This document shows, one piece after another, positions 37,193-46,705 of a stretch of DNA of 51,906 nucleotides (the first letter of the stretch is position 1; every line of letters starts with the position of its first letter). This DNA comes from Gemmatimonadales bacterium (GTDB lineage: Bacteria; Gemmatimonadota; Gemmatimonadetes; Gemmatimonadales; GWC2-71-9). The notes below the pieces were generated by a model that did not search any database, was not told the origin of the DNA, and worked only from the letters and a program-made list of their open reading frames with translations. Position numbers and translations under genes: made by a program. Location of the stretch: the NCBI GenBank assembly GCA_039794085.1, contig JBDIWC010000029.1, positions 1 to 51,906 on the forward strand, read 5' to 3'.

Positions 37193-38499
37193 GGTTGGAG
37201 CGGCCGGCCGAGAATCGCCTCGATCTCGGCCTTGGCACGAAGGAAATCAAAACGGGCATTCACGGCGGCTTCTTCCGCCTGGTCGAGGCGGTCCTGCACC
37301 TGACCAAGATCCAGGATCGAAATCGATCCGAGACGGTAGCGTTCCTGCTGTACCAGCACGTTGGCGCGTGCCGCCTCCACGCCGATTTGGGTCACGTCGA
37401 TCCGTTCCCGGGCGGTCCGCAGGGCGGAGAGCTGGCTGGCCATTCGGGCCAGCACATTCCGCCGGGTGTCCTCGGTCCGCGCCAGGTTGGTCTCCAGCTC
37501 CACCTTGCGCTGCACCACCTGCTGCTCGCGGGAGAAGCGATTGAAGAGGGGCCAGGTCAGCCCGAGCGACAGACTCCGCTGGTTGAACAGGTCGTAGTTT
37601 CTCTGCTGGCTGCCAGAGAAGGAGGTGTTTGCGGAAAGGGAGAGAGTGGGCCAGTAGGTGCTCTTGGAGGCGGACAACTGGGCCCGGGTGGTTCGGGCCT
37701 GGGCCTCGGCACGCGCCACCTCCGGGGCCGAGGTGGCCGCCTCTCGCAGGAGCGCCGCCGAGTCGAGGAGGAAGTCGAACCGATAGAGGGAGGAGTCGTC
37801 CGCCGCCTGCACCCGGCCATCGCGACCCACCAGCCGCCCGAGGTTGGCCTCGGCGGTGGCGAGCAGATCCTGCTGGGTCAGGAGTTGCAAACGGGCGTTG
37901 GCCAGGGAGACCACGGCGTCGAGCGAATCGGAGATGGTGGTGGATCGGGTGCTCAGCTTGGCGATGGCGATGAGCAGCTTCTGCTCCTCCCGCTGGATGC
38001 TCGCCTCCCGAACCCCGATGAGGGCCCCCTGGGCCAGGACGTCGTAGAACTGGCGGCTGGTCGCCAGTGCCGAGGCGGCCTCCTCCACCGAGAGCGCGGC
38101 CTCGTTGACATCCCGGGTGGCGTTGGCGGCCCCGAGGTCGGCGGTGCGCCGGAAGCCGGTGAAGAGATCGATTCTGGACGAGGCCCCGAACGAGACGCTC
38201 TGGCTGGTGGAACCGCCGGAGATAGTTTCCCCGGTCGCGGGATCCACGAAGGAGGACCCATCGCTGATCGTTCGCGACCCGCTCGCGTTTGCGGAGAGGT
38301 CGGGAAGAAAGGCCCCCTTGGCGGCCAGGACCCCCGCGCCCGCGGTGCGGACTCCCCCGCGGGCCTGGACCACCGTCGGGTTGACCCGGGCGGCCATGGC
38401 AATCGCCTCGGCCAGGGTCAGGGGCCGTTGCTGGGCGGAAAGAGAGAGGGGGATGGTGACACCGATCAGGAACAGAAGCCCGAGACGCCGCACACGCAC
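37189..38499 (-). CDS. TolC family outer-membrane factor
   Basis: LTLAEAIAMA, FLPDLS, YWPTLSL, ERYRLG motifs; first gene of the RND operon. Confidence 0.93.
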   Translation of the reverse strand: MRVRRLGLLFLIGVTIPLSLSAQQRPLTLAEAIAMAARVNPTVVQARGGVRTAGAGVLAAKGAFLPDLSANASGSRTISDGSSFVDPATGETISGGSTSQSVSFGASSRIDLFTGFRRTADLGAANATRDVNEAALSVEEAASALATSRQFYDVLAQGALIGVREASIQREEQKLLIAIAKLSTRSTTISDSLDAVVSLANARLQLLTQQDLLATAEANLGRLVGRDGRVQAADDSSLYRFDFLLDSAALLREAATSAPEVARAEAQARTTRAQLSASKSTYWPTLSLSANTSFSGSQQRNYDLFNQRSLSLGLTWPLFNRFSREQQVVQRKVELETNLARTEDTRRNVLARMASQLSALRTARERIDVTQIGVEAARANVLVQQERYRLGSISILDLGQVQDRLDQAEEAAVNARFDFLRAKAEIEAILGRPLQP

Positions 38500-38716
38500 T
38501 CCGCAGCTGAAGAGATGGAACCAATCGTGCTGGTGACGAACGACACGTCCAACTTCACACAGGATGCCCGTCCCGGGAGGACCGTCGCGCCTGGGTTCCG
38601 GGGGATGGTCGCAATCTACTCCTCACGCCGGTAAGAGCAAGCAAGGGGGTCATGGTGGCCCGTCCGTCCGCCCGTTGTCACTCGCTCTTGGGGCGCTTGC
38701 TCTCTTGGTCGCGGCT

Positions 38717-38798
38717 TTGTGAAACATTTCACAAGCAGGCAGCCCCAGATGCTCGTTCGCCGCCCACTGCCCGTCATTCCCGCGCACGCGGGAATCCA
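38717..38798. repeat. Palindrome TTGTGAAACATTTCACAA plus REP-like hairpin GTCATTCCCGCGCACGCGGGAATCCA
   Basis: Inverted counterpart of 3542..3600. Confidence 0.85.
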
Positions 38799-38803
38799 TT
38801 TTC

Positions 38804-38977
38804 GGCTCTTCCGGGTTTCGCGTGGGTTCCCCGAGGCTTTCGCCCCGGGAAACACCAATCACGACCGAGCACACTGAGCCCGGGTGTGCGACTCCGCCCC
38901 TTCGCGTGACCCCATTCCGGATCCCGGCACAGTGACAATTGCCACATGGCACGGCCCACAGAAAATCCCGAAGAGCC
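38804..38977. mobile_element. ISL3-derived MITE (174 bp)
   Basis: Imperfect IRs GGCTCTTCCGGGTTTCGCGTGGG / CCCACAGAAAATCCCGAAGAGCC; flanks CCATTTTC vs CCATTCTG (6/8, a degenerate 8-bp TSD). Confidence 0.75.
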
Positions 38978-38988
38978 CCATTCTGCAC

Positions 38989-39012
38989 GGGCCGTTCGCG
39001 AACGGCCCCTAC
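38989..39012 (-). repeat. GTAG-type REP palindrome
   Basis: GTAG-GGGCCGTTCGCGAACGGCCC; its TAG is the stop codon of the 39009 gene. Second copy at 40574. Confidence 0.9.
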
Positions 39013-40132
39013 GGGTTCTCCCGGACTCGATACAGGTCGATTCCGTCCAGCCCCTCCTCGTCACCTTTCAGCCGCTCCACCAGGACGGCCACGAGGGGCA
39101 ATCGGACCGCCAGGGCACGGACGCGATCGAATACACGAACGGTCTGAACGAAGCGGCCCGTGCTGTCGAACAGATCGATCTCGGTCATGCCACCCGTGAC
39201 GCGCGTCGTGGCCACCCAGAGACGACCCGTGGTATCGGTGGCGAGGGCTGTCTGCACAAAGTATGGCTTCTCCTGCAAGCGCTCCGCACTGCCAGCCATA
39301 CGAGATAGCAACTCATCCGATACGCCTTTCCCCCGTGCCCCATCCAGATTCCTCCGGAGGCGCTCCGAGCGGGTGGCAGCCTCGATGGCGGTCTCCATTT
39401 CGAGTGGTAATTCGGGTCGGCCAAACCTGCGGAGCGGTGTTCCATCCGGGCCGAAACTGGTCATCCGGTAGGTGAGGGGATTGCCGATGATGATCTCTCC
39501 CTTTCCGGTCATCACGGCACCGACCACAGAGTAGGGAATCAGAGAGGTTCTGGCTTTGAGCATGAACCGAATGGTCGTGTCCCTGGCGAACACGTCGAAC
39601 CGGTCCACGGATCGGTCGCCGGATATCTCCACATCGGCCACCCTTCGCGTCCCCATCGAAATCGAAGGGGTGTACAACACCGTGAGCCGAGCAGGATCCA
39701 GCTGCAACAGCACTGCGTTCGGGTTCCCCGTCCCCGGGAACGCCGACAGAAAACCGAGATCGGCCCCAAAGATGCTGAAGCGTCGAAGGCTGACATCCTC
39801 CACCACGATCCGGCCCCGGGCATCGGTGATCACCCGGAACGCGCGGCGGAACTCGCCAGGCCCGCTTCCGAACCGTCCCACCCGGCGCACCTCTCCGTCC
39901 CTCAGACGAGTGACGATCAACTGGTTCTCGCTCGCGTCGATCCAAACCAGCGCGGTGTCACCCAGCCACGCGATCAAGGGGGTGGCGGTGCCATCCAGGC
40001 CGCGCCACTCCGGGGGGGGCCGCAACGGGCACAAGGGACACGCGCTCCGGTCACCTGCCCGGCCGCGGGGGAGGCGACCACCAGGAAGGCAACGCCCCAG
40101 ACCGCCCGGGGGAGCCCCATTCGCCGCATCAT
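39009..40132 (-). pseudogene. 6-bladed beta-propeller protein, frameshifted in a G8 tract
   Basis: VGRFGSGPGEF, ATDTTGRLWV, IDLFDSTGRF motifs. The signal peptide MMRRMGLPRAVWGVAFLVVASPAAG-Q lies in another frame upstream of G8 (40012..40019). Confidence 0.75.
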
Positions 40133-40388
40133 GTTGGCTGGCATGATCTCGTCATCTCCTGCCTCTTCGGTGTTCGTCGTGAACCTGGGGGCTTCCGTCA
40201 GGTAACGCCTTGACGCAGGCATTGGATCCACTGAGATACAACGAACCGGGGCTGGGTGACGGCCGCAAGGGGTACCCCCAAGCTTCGAACTTCGGTTCTT
40301 CTCCAATTACCGTGCAAGCGGCATGGCCGAAGCGCGGTACGCCTGACCGCCAGGAGACGCGATTTCGGTTCCCCTGCCCAGGGGACAA

Positions 40389-40415
40389 CATCCTGTCAAT
40401 CCTGTTCATCCTGTC
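40389..40415. repeat. 9-mer array (CATCCTGTC) x3
   Basis: catcctgtc aatcctgtt catcctgtc. Confidence 0.85.
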
Positions 40416-40448
40416 AGAAAATGCGCACTCACCAGGGATCGCAATGGC

Positions 40449-40533
40449 TCCACCCCCGTGCGCGTCCGATGGGGATCCCTTCGTGGGCTCCAAGCACCGG
40501 TGCGTCCCTGCGTCCTGGCGCCTTTGCGTTGAG
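40449..40533 (+). repeat. Dispersed ~85-bp element ending in an 8-mer array (copy 2)
   Basis: Inverted match to 3413..3496. Confidence 0.9.
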
Positions 40534-40569
40534 GCAGTTCTATGGGCCTCCAGACCCGGACGACGGGTT

Positions 40570-40600
40570 GCAGGGGCCGTTCGCGAACGGCCCGTCCTAC
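40570..40600. repeat. GTAG-type REP palindrome (copy 2)
   Basis: GGGCCGTTCGCGAACGGCCC followed by GTCCTAC. Confidence 0.88.
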
Positions 40601-40615
40601 ACCGGGAACCTCCTC

Positions 40616-40664
40616 AGATCCCCTCGCGGGCTCGGGGCAGGCTCCTCGCTTCACTCGGGATGAC
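40616..40664. repeat. GTCATCCCGAG-type REP-like element
   Basis: Minus strand GTCATCCCGAGTGAAGCGAGG...CGAGGGGATCT; related in form to the 18790 elements. Confidence 0.7.
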
Positions 40665-40699
40665 GACTGAACAGAGATCACCTAAATTGAAGAAGATCC

Positions 40700-40733
40700 C
40701 GAACTTCAAACTTCGAACTTCGAACTTCAGAAC
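40700..40733. repeat. Heptamer tandem array (CGAACTT)
   Basis: cgaactt caaactt cgaactt cgaactt cagaac; same family as 16455. Confidence 0.88.
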
Positions 40734-40848
40734 GTGGCGACCCCGTGTCACCCGATGGGTCGTGACAGACCTGCCGCCACGGACATCCGGATGCCACGGG
40801 GTCGCGGTCGGCGGGCCACATCGGCCCACCGACCAGGACCACGGGATG

Positions 40849-41433
40849 CTACAGGGAGAAGCTCAGCCCCGCGGTCCAGCCGAGGTCGAACTGGGTCTTG
40901 CTGACCCCCGCGAGGGGGCCGTCGGAGAGGCCGCTCGCCTTGTAGACGTAGCCCCGGCCCTCCACGATGATGCCCCAGGGGGAATCGCCGAGATCGATCT
41001 TGACGCCGGCTCCGAAGGTGCCCTGGCCCCGGGTCTTCGACTCACCGCCCGGCTGGTCGAGGGTTACTCCGCCGCCCCCGCCCAGCACGTACGGGGTCCA
41101 TCCGTTGAGCGGAAGCTGCAGTTGGAGGGCGGCGCCGTAGAAGTAGCGGTTCATCTTGTCGCCCGTGTCCACGCCGTTCAGCTCGAGCTCATCGCGGGCG
41201 TAGTCACCATCGACACGCACCACGAGATTCTTCGATAGCTGGTATCCCACGCCCGCGCCCACGGTGAAACCGGTCTTGGTTTCGATGGTGGGGGCGTTCT
41301 CCCGGAAGTCCTCCAGGGCTGTGAACCCGCCGCCCCGGGCCATGAAGATCCAGTTGCGATTGCTCTGTGCCATGGCCGGAGCCGCCGCGAAGGCCACGAA
41401 TCCGAGCCCCAGAAGTACCCGATGCATCTGCAT
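40849..41433 (-). CDS. Outer-membrane 8-stranded beta-barrel (OmpA-like/porin family)
   Basis: Signal peptide AMA-Q, PYVLGGGG, alternating strands, terminal GLSFSL. Confidence 0.85.
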   Translation of the reverse strand: MQMHRVLLGLGFVAFAAAPAMAQSNRNWIFMARGGGFTALEDFRENAPTIETKTGFTVGAGVGYQLSKNLVVRVDGDYARDELELNGVDTGDKMNRYFYGAALQLQLPLNGWTPYVLGGGGGVTLDQPGGESKTRGQGTFGAGVKIDLGDSPWGIIVEGRGYVYKASGLSDGPLAGVSKTQFDLGWTAGLSFSL

Positions 41434-42074
41434 GTTCCTTCCTCCGTGAATCGTCCACGCGTCGTGTCGGTCCCGGAAGTGGCACCGTCTGACGCGTGTT
41501 CACAGGGAGAACGACGGCATGAACGAAGCGGATCTGCTGGGAGAGAGTGTTTGTCAGCCCGCGAACAACCATGTCCGGGGACAGTCACTCACTTCCCCGG
41601 TGCGATGGTCCCGGGGTGCGGTGGTCACTCGGACTCCGGATCTGCGGGCGCTCGCGGAAGGGTGACGATCCCGGGATTCCTGAGGAGAATAGTCCGACAT
41701 CCGGGTCATGCCCGATCGGGGCGCGGTGAACGGGTCGATGGGAAGGTCGAATTCAGGTCGCACGCACGGTGGATCTGGTGCGCTCTGTTGTGAGGACGCA
41801 ACATGGCTTCCGAGGGCATCAGGTGCTCATGATGTTGAGGTTCGGTTGCTGAAGGATGCCCATGGTCCCTGGTTTCCCGGCACGTGGGTGGAGGCAATCT
41901 CTTGTTGGGGCAAGGGGTTTGAGCGCTGGGGTCCCGATCTGGGCAGGGTGGGACCCCCCGGCAGCGTGGGGGATGATGGAGCACGGCGATGACTCACTCG
42001 CTGGTGGCAAGAGTCTTGCGGATTACACAACGTGTTCCCGTACCGGGATCTCTTCATCAAGAGCGACAGGGTCC

Positions 42075-43385
42075 ATGAGCGACACTCGGCCCGCAGGTAG
42101 GCCCTTCGGCGTGAGCATGGGGAAGCTGACGGCCCTTTCCCTTGCGGGGTTAGCCGTTGGGATGCTCGCCGGCACCCTTGTTGTTGGAGAGGGAGGGCAG
42201 GGGACGGATCTGTTGCTCGCGACGGCGGGCACCGTGGTCCGTGCCTGGACCAATGGTCTCCGCTTGCTCGTGGTGCCGCTCGTGGTGGCCCAACTCTACC
42301 TGGCGATGACCAGTGGCGGCCGCGCCGATCGAGCGGTCACACGCTCGTTCGGCGTGTTGATCCCCGTCGTCTTTCTCGGTCTCCTCCTCCTGACGGCCGG
42401 AGTGACGGTGGTGATGGCCAGCGTGCTGCTGACCCATCCCTTCTTCGGCCAGGCCTCGCTTGGTGCCGTCGCGCCCTCGGCCGGGGCGATGGTGCCGTCG
42501 TCGGGGGGACTCGAGTGGGTGGATGCGATCATCCCCCCGAATCTCTTCTCGGCCGCCGCGAACGACAGCCTCCTTCCCCTGATGCTCTTTGCCGCCGGGT
42601 TCGGGCTTGCCATGCGCCGGGCTGCGCCCGAGGCCCGGGAGACCATGCGGCGGGTGTTCCAGGGAATTTCCGAAGCCTCGTTCACCATGGTGGGGTGGCT
42701 GCTCTCGCTGACCCCTTTGGTCATGCTCGGATTGGGCTACCGGGCCAGTCAGGCGGCTGGGCTGAGCGTGGGGCAGGCGATACTCAAGTTCGCGGCGCTC
42801 GAGGGGACCATCGTACTTCTCATGGTTCTCCTGCTCTACCCCCTGGTGGGAGCCGTGGCACGAGTACGTCCGGGGGAATTCGCGCGCGCGTTGTGGCCCG
42901 CCCAGCTGATGGCCATGGCATCTCGGTCGTCCCTGGCGACCCTTCCGGCCCTTCTGCGCGCGGGCTCTCCGCTGGGCCTGCGCTCCGAGAGCGTGGCCTA
43001 TGTGGTGCCTCTCGCGGGGGCCACCCTCAAGCTGTCACGGGCCGTGTCGGGGCCCGCCAAGCTCTTGTTCCTGGCCCATGTGCTCGGGGTGCCGCTGGGG
43101 GTGGAGCAGGTGGTCGTGTTCGCGGCCACCATCATCGTCCTCAGTGCCTCCACGGCCGGCGTGCCGAGCGTCACCTCCATGAATCGGTCGCTGCCGGCCT
43201 TCGTGGCGGTGGGGGTGCCACCGGAGTATGTCGTGTTGCTCGGGGTGGCAGTGAGCCTCACCGACGTTGTCCTCACCCTCCTGAACACCTCGGGATATCT
43301 CGCCGCCGCGGCCATCGTCGATCGTCTGGGGGCTCGGCGCGAAAGACCCGCGGCGTCCCCCGCGGCCGTCGCCGTGGCCTCGTGA
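42075..43385 (+). CDS. Divergent dicarboxylate/amino acid:cation symporter (DAACS)
   Basis: LRLLVVPLVV, IIPPNLFSAA, SRSSLATLP motifs; the NMDGT motif is absent. Confidence 0.85.
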   Translation: MSDTRPAGRPFGVSMGKLTALSLAGLAVGMLAGTLVVGEGGQGTDLLLATAGTVVRAWTNGLRLLVVPLVVAQLYLAMTSGGRADRAVTRSFGVLIPVVFLGLLLLTAGVTVVMASVLLTHPFFGQASLGAVAPSAGAMVPSSGGLEWVDAIIPPNLFSAAANDSLLPLMLFAAGFGLAMRRAAPEARETMRRVFQGISEASFTMVGWLLSLTPLVMLGLGYRASQAAGLSVGQAILKFAALEGTIVLLMVLLLYPLVGAVARVRPGEFARALWPAQLMAMASRSSLATLPALLRAGSPLGLRSESVAYVVPLAGATLKLSRAVSGPAKLLFLAHVLGVPLGVEQVVVFAATIIVLSASTAGVPSVTSMNRSLPAFVAVGVPPEYVVLLGVAVSLTDVVLTLLNTSGYLAAAAIVDRLGARRERPAASPAAVAVAS

Positions 43386-43386
43386 C

Positions 43387-44472
43387 GTGATCACCTACTG
43401 GACGGAGGAGCGGGGCGAGTTCGGCATGCGGGAGTACCTCGCCGGGCGGGGTCGCCCGATCGCCGGGCGCATGACCGTCCGGTGCTATGGATCACTCGGG
43501 AAGGAGACGGTTCTGGAGGGTGGGGCGCACATCTTCTCGGCGCTCGATCAGCTCACCCCGGCGGGACGGAACCTGGTCACGGACATCTGGGACCGGACGC
43601 GCTCAGTGGCTCCGGCTTGGCGGTTGCTGAACGACCCACGGGCCGTCCTCCTGCGGCTTCCTCTTCTGCAGGCCATGACGAGGACCGGTCTCAATGCCTT
43701 CGCCGCACATCCCGCCTCGGAACCACTCGACAGGGTTCGCTACCCTGTCTTTATTCGGGAGGCCAATCGTCACACGGGAAGCCGGACGGGACTGCTCGCA
43801 TCCCCGGCCGAGATTCAGCGGGCGCTCCGATCGCTTCGGTGGCGCGGACTCCGCCGGCAGGACTTGCTGGTGGTGGAATACGCTCACGCGGGAGACGGCG
43901 AGGGGCATTTTCGCAAGTATGCCGCCTATCGCGTGGGAGGCGCCACGGTCCGAACCCACCTGATGATCGGCACCCACTGGACCGTCAAATCGAGCGGGGA
44001 TCAGGTGAGTGTCGACTCCGCCCGAGAGATGCATGAGTATGTGCTCGGTCGCCAACACGAGGAGTGGCTCGAGCGGGTCTTTACCACCGCGGGAGTGGAC
44101 TATGGTCGCATTGATTATGGTGTGGTGAACGGTGAGCCCCAGGTCTGGGAGATCAACCTCAATCCCACCATCACCCGCCGAGCCGGTGCGCCACCGAGAG
44201 CCGGGGATCCCGAGGCACTTGCCCTTCGGGATGCGGCCCGCCAGCATGCGCATACCCTGTTGCGCGAAGCGTTCCTGGCGCTCGACCCGGGGGGTGTTCC
44301 GGCCCGCGTCACCCTTTCCCCACCCGCCTCGCTGCTTCGGCAGGCGGCTCGGGAACGCCACGCCGTCTGGCGCCGCGATCGAGCCGTGGAGCTGGCCACA
44401 CGGATGGCGGATCTCCCGCTCCTGGGATCGGGAATTCGCGCGCTCTATTCCCGGGTTTTCCCGCGTCAATGA
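43387..44472 (+). CDS. ATP-grasp-fold protein
   Basis: YPVFIRE..HTG, LLVVEY, FRKY, DYGRIDY...WEINLNP signature. Confidence 0.7.
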   Translation: MITYWTEERGEFGMREYLAGRGRPIAGRMTVRCYGSLGKETVLEGGAHIFSALDQLTPAGRNLVTDIWDRTRSVAPAWRLLNDPRAVLLRLPLLQAMTRTGLNAFAAHPASEPLDRVRYPVFIREANRHTGSRTGLLASPAEIQRALRSLRWRGLRRQDLLVVEYAHAGDGEGHFRKYAAYRVGGATVRTHLMIGTHWTVKSSGDQVSVDSAREMHEYVLGRQHEEWLERVFTTAGVDYGRIDYGVVNGEPQVWEINLNPTITRRAGAPPRAGDPEALALRDAARQHAHTLLREAFLALDPGGVPARVTLSPPASLLRQAARERHAVWRRDRAVELATRMADLPLLGSGIRALYSRVFPRQ

Positions 44473-44563
44473 GGTCCGAGAGCTCACGTGACTCCGTGGT
44501 GACCGAGGCCGCGAGATCACCCCATTGTCCACTCTTCCTGCCGCATCCCACCCGGGTCGCCGG

Positions 44564-45460
44564 ATGATGTCATTCACCCATCCCCCTGTCGAGTACCGGG
44601 AGTGGCACACGGTTCCAGGTGACGTCCGGGAGGGGATCCGCGAGATCTGGACCTATCGTGAGTTACTGTACCAGCTTACCATGCGCGACATCCGGCTCCG
44701 GTACAAGCAGGCGATCATGGGCTTTGGCTGGGCGCTCTTCATGCCGGTTCTCGTGGTTCTGGCCGGACTCATCGTGCGCGGCATCATCGCGCAGGCCTCG
44801 GGTCAACCGCTGGTGGGAGCCGGCCTGGCCGGGGTCGCGGTCAAGGCGGTGGCCTGGGCGTTCTTCGTCGGAGCCGTGGGATTTGCCAACACCAGCCTGA
44901 TTGGAAATGCCTCCCTGGTGTCGAAGGTGTTCTTCCCGCGCGAGGTACTGCCACTCGCGGCGGTGCTGGCCCAGGGCTTCGACACACTCATCGGCGCGGT
45001 CGCCTTGCTGCTTGTGTTGCCTCTTCTCGGAGTGGGGGTGGGATGGGGGCTCCTCTGGATCGTCCCGTTGGCCGGGTTGCTCCTTGTCCTGACGGTGGCC
45101 CTTGGTCTTCTCCTCGCCTGCGGTAACCTGTTCTTTCGCGATGTGAAGTACATCGTGCAGGTGCTGCTCACCTTCGGGATCTTCTTCACTCCGGTGGTGT
45201 TCGATGCGGCCATGGCCGGCTCCCGCTACGCCCCGGTGCTCATGCTGAACCCGCTCGCCCCGGTGCTCGAGGGTCTCCGGCTCGCGGTGGTCCAGGGTCA
45301 CAACCTTCTGCAGCCGCTCCATGTCGCGGAGGGCACGCGTCTCGTGGAGATCTGGTCGCCCTGGTACCTGGTCTGGAGCGGCGCTGTCGGCGCTTTCGGT
45401 CTCGTCCTGAGTCTTACCCTGTTCCGCCGGCTGCAGACCCTGTTTGCGGAGTGGGTGTGA
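44564..45460 (+). CDS. wzm: Polysaccharide ABC exporter permease (Wzm/RfbA type)
   Basis: YRELLYQLTMRDIRLRYKQAIMGFGWA, SKVFFPRE, FRDVKY, LNPL. Confidence 0.9.
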   Translation: MMSFTHPPVEYREWHTVPGDVREGIREIWTYRELLYQLTMRDIRLRYKQAIMGFGWALFMPVLVVLAGLIVRGIIAQASGQPLVGAGLAGVAVKAVAWAFFVGAVGFANTSLIGNASLVSKVFFPREVLPLAAVLAQGFDTLIGAVALLLVLPLLGVGVGWGLLWIVPLAGLLLVLTVALGLLLACGNLFFRDVKYIVQVLLTFGIFFTPVVFDAAMAGSRYAPVLMLNPLAPVLEGLRLAVVQGHNLLQPLHVAEGTRLVEIWSPWYLVWSGAVGAFGLVLSLTLFRRLQTLFAEWV

Positions 45461-46689
45461 TGACGGGGAAGGCCGGGGCGGGCATCGTGGTCGAGGGGCT
45501 TTGGAAGAAGTTCCGGAAGGGCGAGCGACACGACTCCCTGCGGGATCTCCTGCCCAGTCTGGCACGCAGGGCGGTGGGGGCACGGAGGGATCCGATGGAA
45601 CTCCACGCGCGGGACTTCTGGGCCCTGCGCGACGTGTCTCTGACCATCGGGCCGGGACAGGCCCTCGGCATCATTGGCCACAACGGCGCCGGCAAGTCCA
45701 CTCTCCTCAAGCTCATCACCCGGGTGCTCCGGCCCACGCTGGGTCGCTGTGTCGTTCGGGGTCGGATCGGGGCGCTGATCGAACTCGCCGCCGGATTCCA
45801 TCCCGACCTCACCGGCCGGGAGAATGTCCACCTGCAGGGAGCCATCATGGGGATGTCCACCGCGGCCATCCGGCGGTCGTTTGATGACATCGTCAGCTTC
45901 GCCGGGATCGAGGAATTCATTGACACCCCCGTGAAGCGATACTCGAGCGGCATGAACGCACGCCTCGGTTTCGCCATCGCCGTCCATCTCGATCCCGATG
46001 TCCTGATCATCGATGAGGTGCTGTCGGTGGGAGATCTGGCGTTCCAGGAACGCGCGTTCGCCCGGATGCAGGATTTGGCGCGAAGCGGGATCCCCGTTGC
46101 GGTCGTCAGTCACCAGCTCGATCGCATCGCCACCCTCAGCACTCATGCGATCCTCCTGCGGCGGGGAGCGGTGGTCTGTGCGGGGTCGCCCTCCGAGTGC
46201 ATCCGGGCCTACGTGTCGGGCGAACGCGACGCCGTGCAGGCCAGTTTGCAGGCCATCCCCGGGCTTCATCTCGACGAACTCACCCTGGACGAGACGACGG
46301 TGCGTAGCGGTGCTCGCCGTGTCCTGACACTCCACGGGGTGCAGGAGGGTGCGGTGGAACGACGCGACTTCGGTTTCGGTCTGAAAGTCCGGCGATTGGA
46401 TACCGGGCAGGTGGTGTCGACGATCTGGACTCATCGGCAGGGGCTCCACCTCGGTGGTGCGGGTCGGTTCGCGGTCCGGTTCGACCTGCAGTTCAATCTT
46501 CCGCCCGGAGTCTGCTCCGTGGAGACCGTGGTCATCGACGCCCGGACCGAGGAGAAGCTGGGAGACGGCCCCTGGGCCCATGTGGAGGTGACGCCCGGGT
46601 CCCTCTTCCGCGGCCAGGTGCAGCTCAACGCAGTTGTGGAAATCGAGAAGGAGGGGTCCTCGAACTCCGGGGCTGGATCCTCCTCCTGA
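45460..46689 (+). CDS. wzt: Polysaccharide ABC exporter ATPase with C-terminal Wzt_C-like domain
   Basis: FWALRDVS, GHNGAGKSTLL, GFHPDLTGREN, YSSGMNARLGF, DEVLSVGD. Confidence 0.92.
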   Translation: MTGKAGAGIVVEGLWKKFRKGERHDSLRDLLPSLARRAVGARRDPMELHARDFWALRDVSLTIGPGQALGIIGHNGAGKSTLLKLITRVLRPTLGRCVVRGRIGALIELAAGFHPDLTGRENVHLQGAIMGMSTAAIRRSFDDIVSFAGIEEFIDTPVKRYSSGMNARLGFAIAVHLDPDVLIIDEVLSVGDLAFQERAFARMQDLARSGIPVAVVSHQLDRIATLSTHAILLRRGAVVCAGSPSECIRAYVSGERDAVQASLQAIPGLHLDELTLDETTVRSGARRVLTLHGVQEGAVERRDFGFGLKVRRLDTGQVVSTIWTHRQGLHLGGAGRFAVRFDLQFNLPPGVCSVETVVIDARTEEKLGDGPWAHVEVTPGSLFRGQVQLNAVVEIEKEGSSNSGAGSSS

Positions 46690-46705
46690 AGCTGGGGAGA
46701 GATCT

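Noticed and set aside
40152..40388. Remnant of a GxxExxY-type gene beside the 9-mer array
   Set aside because: No recognisable motif in any frame; the resemblance is too weak.
41560..42060. Small ORFs or ncRNA between the porin and DAACS genes
   Set aside because: No motif, RBS or structure I can support.
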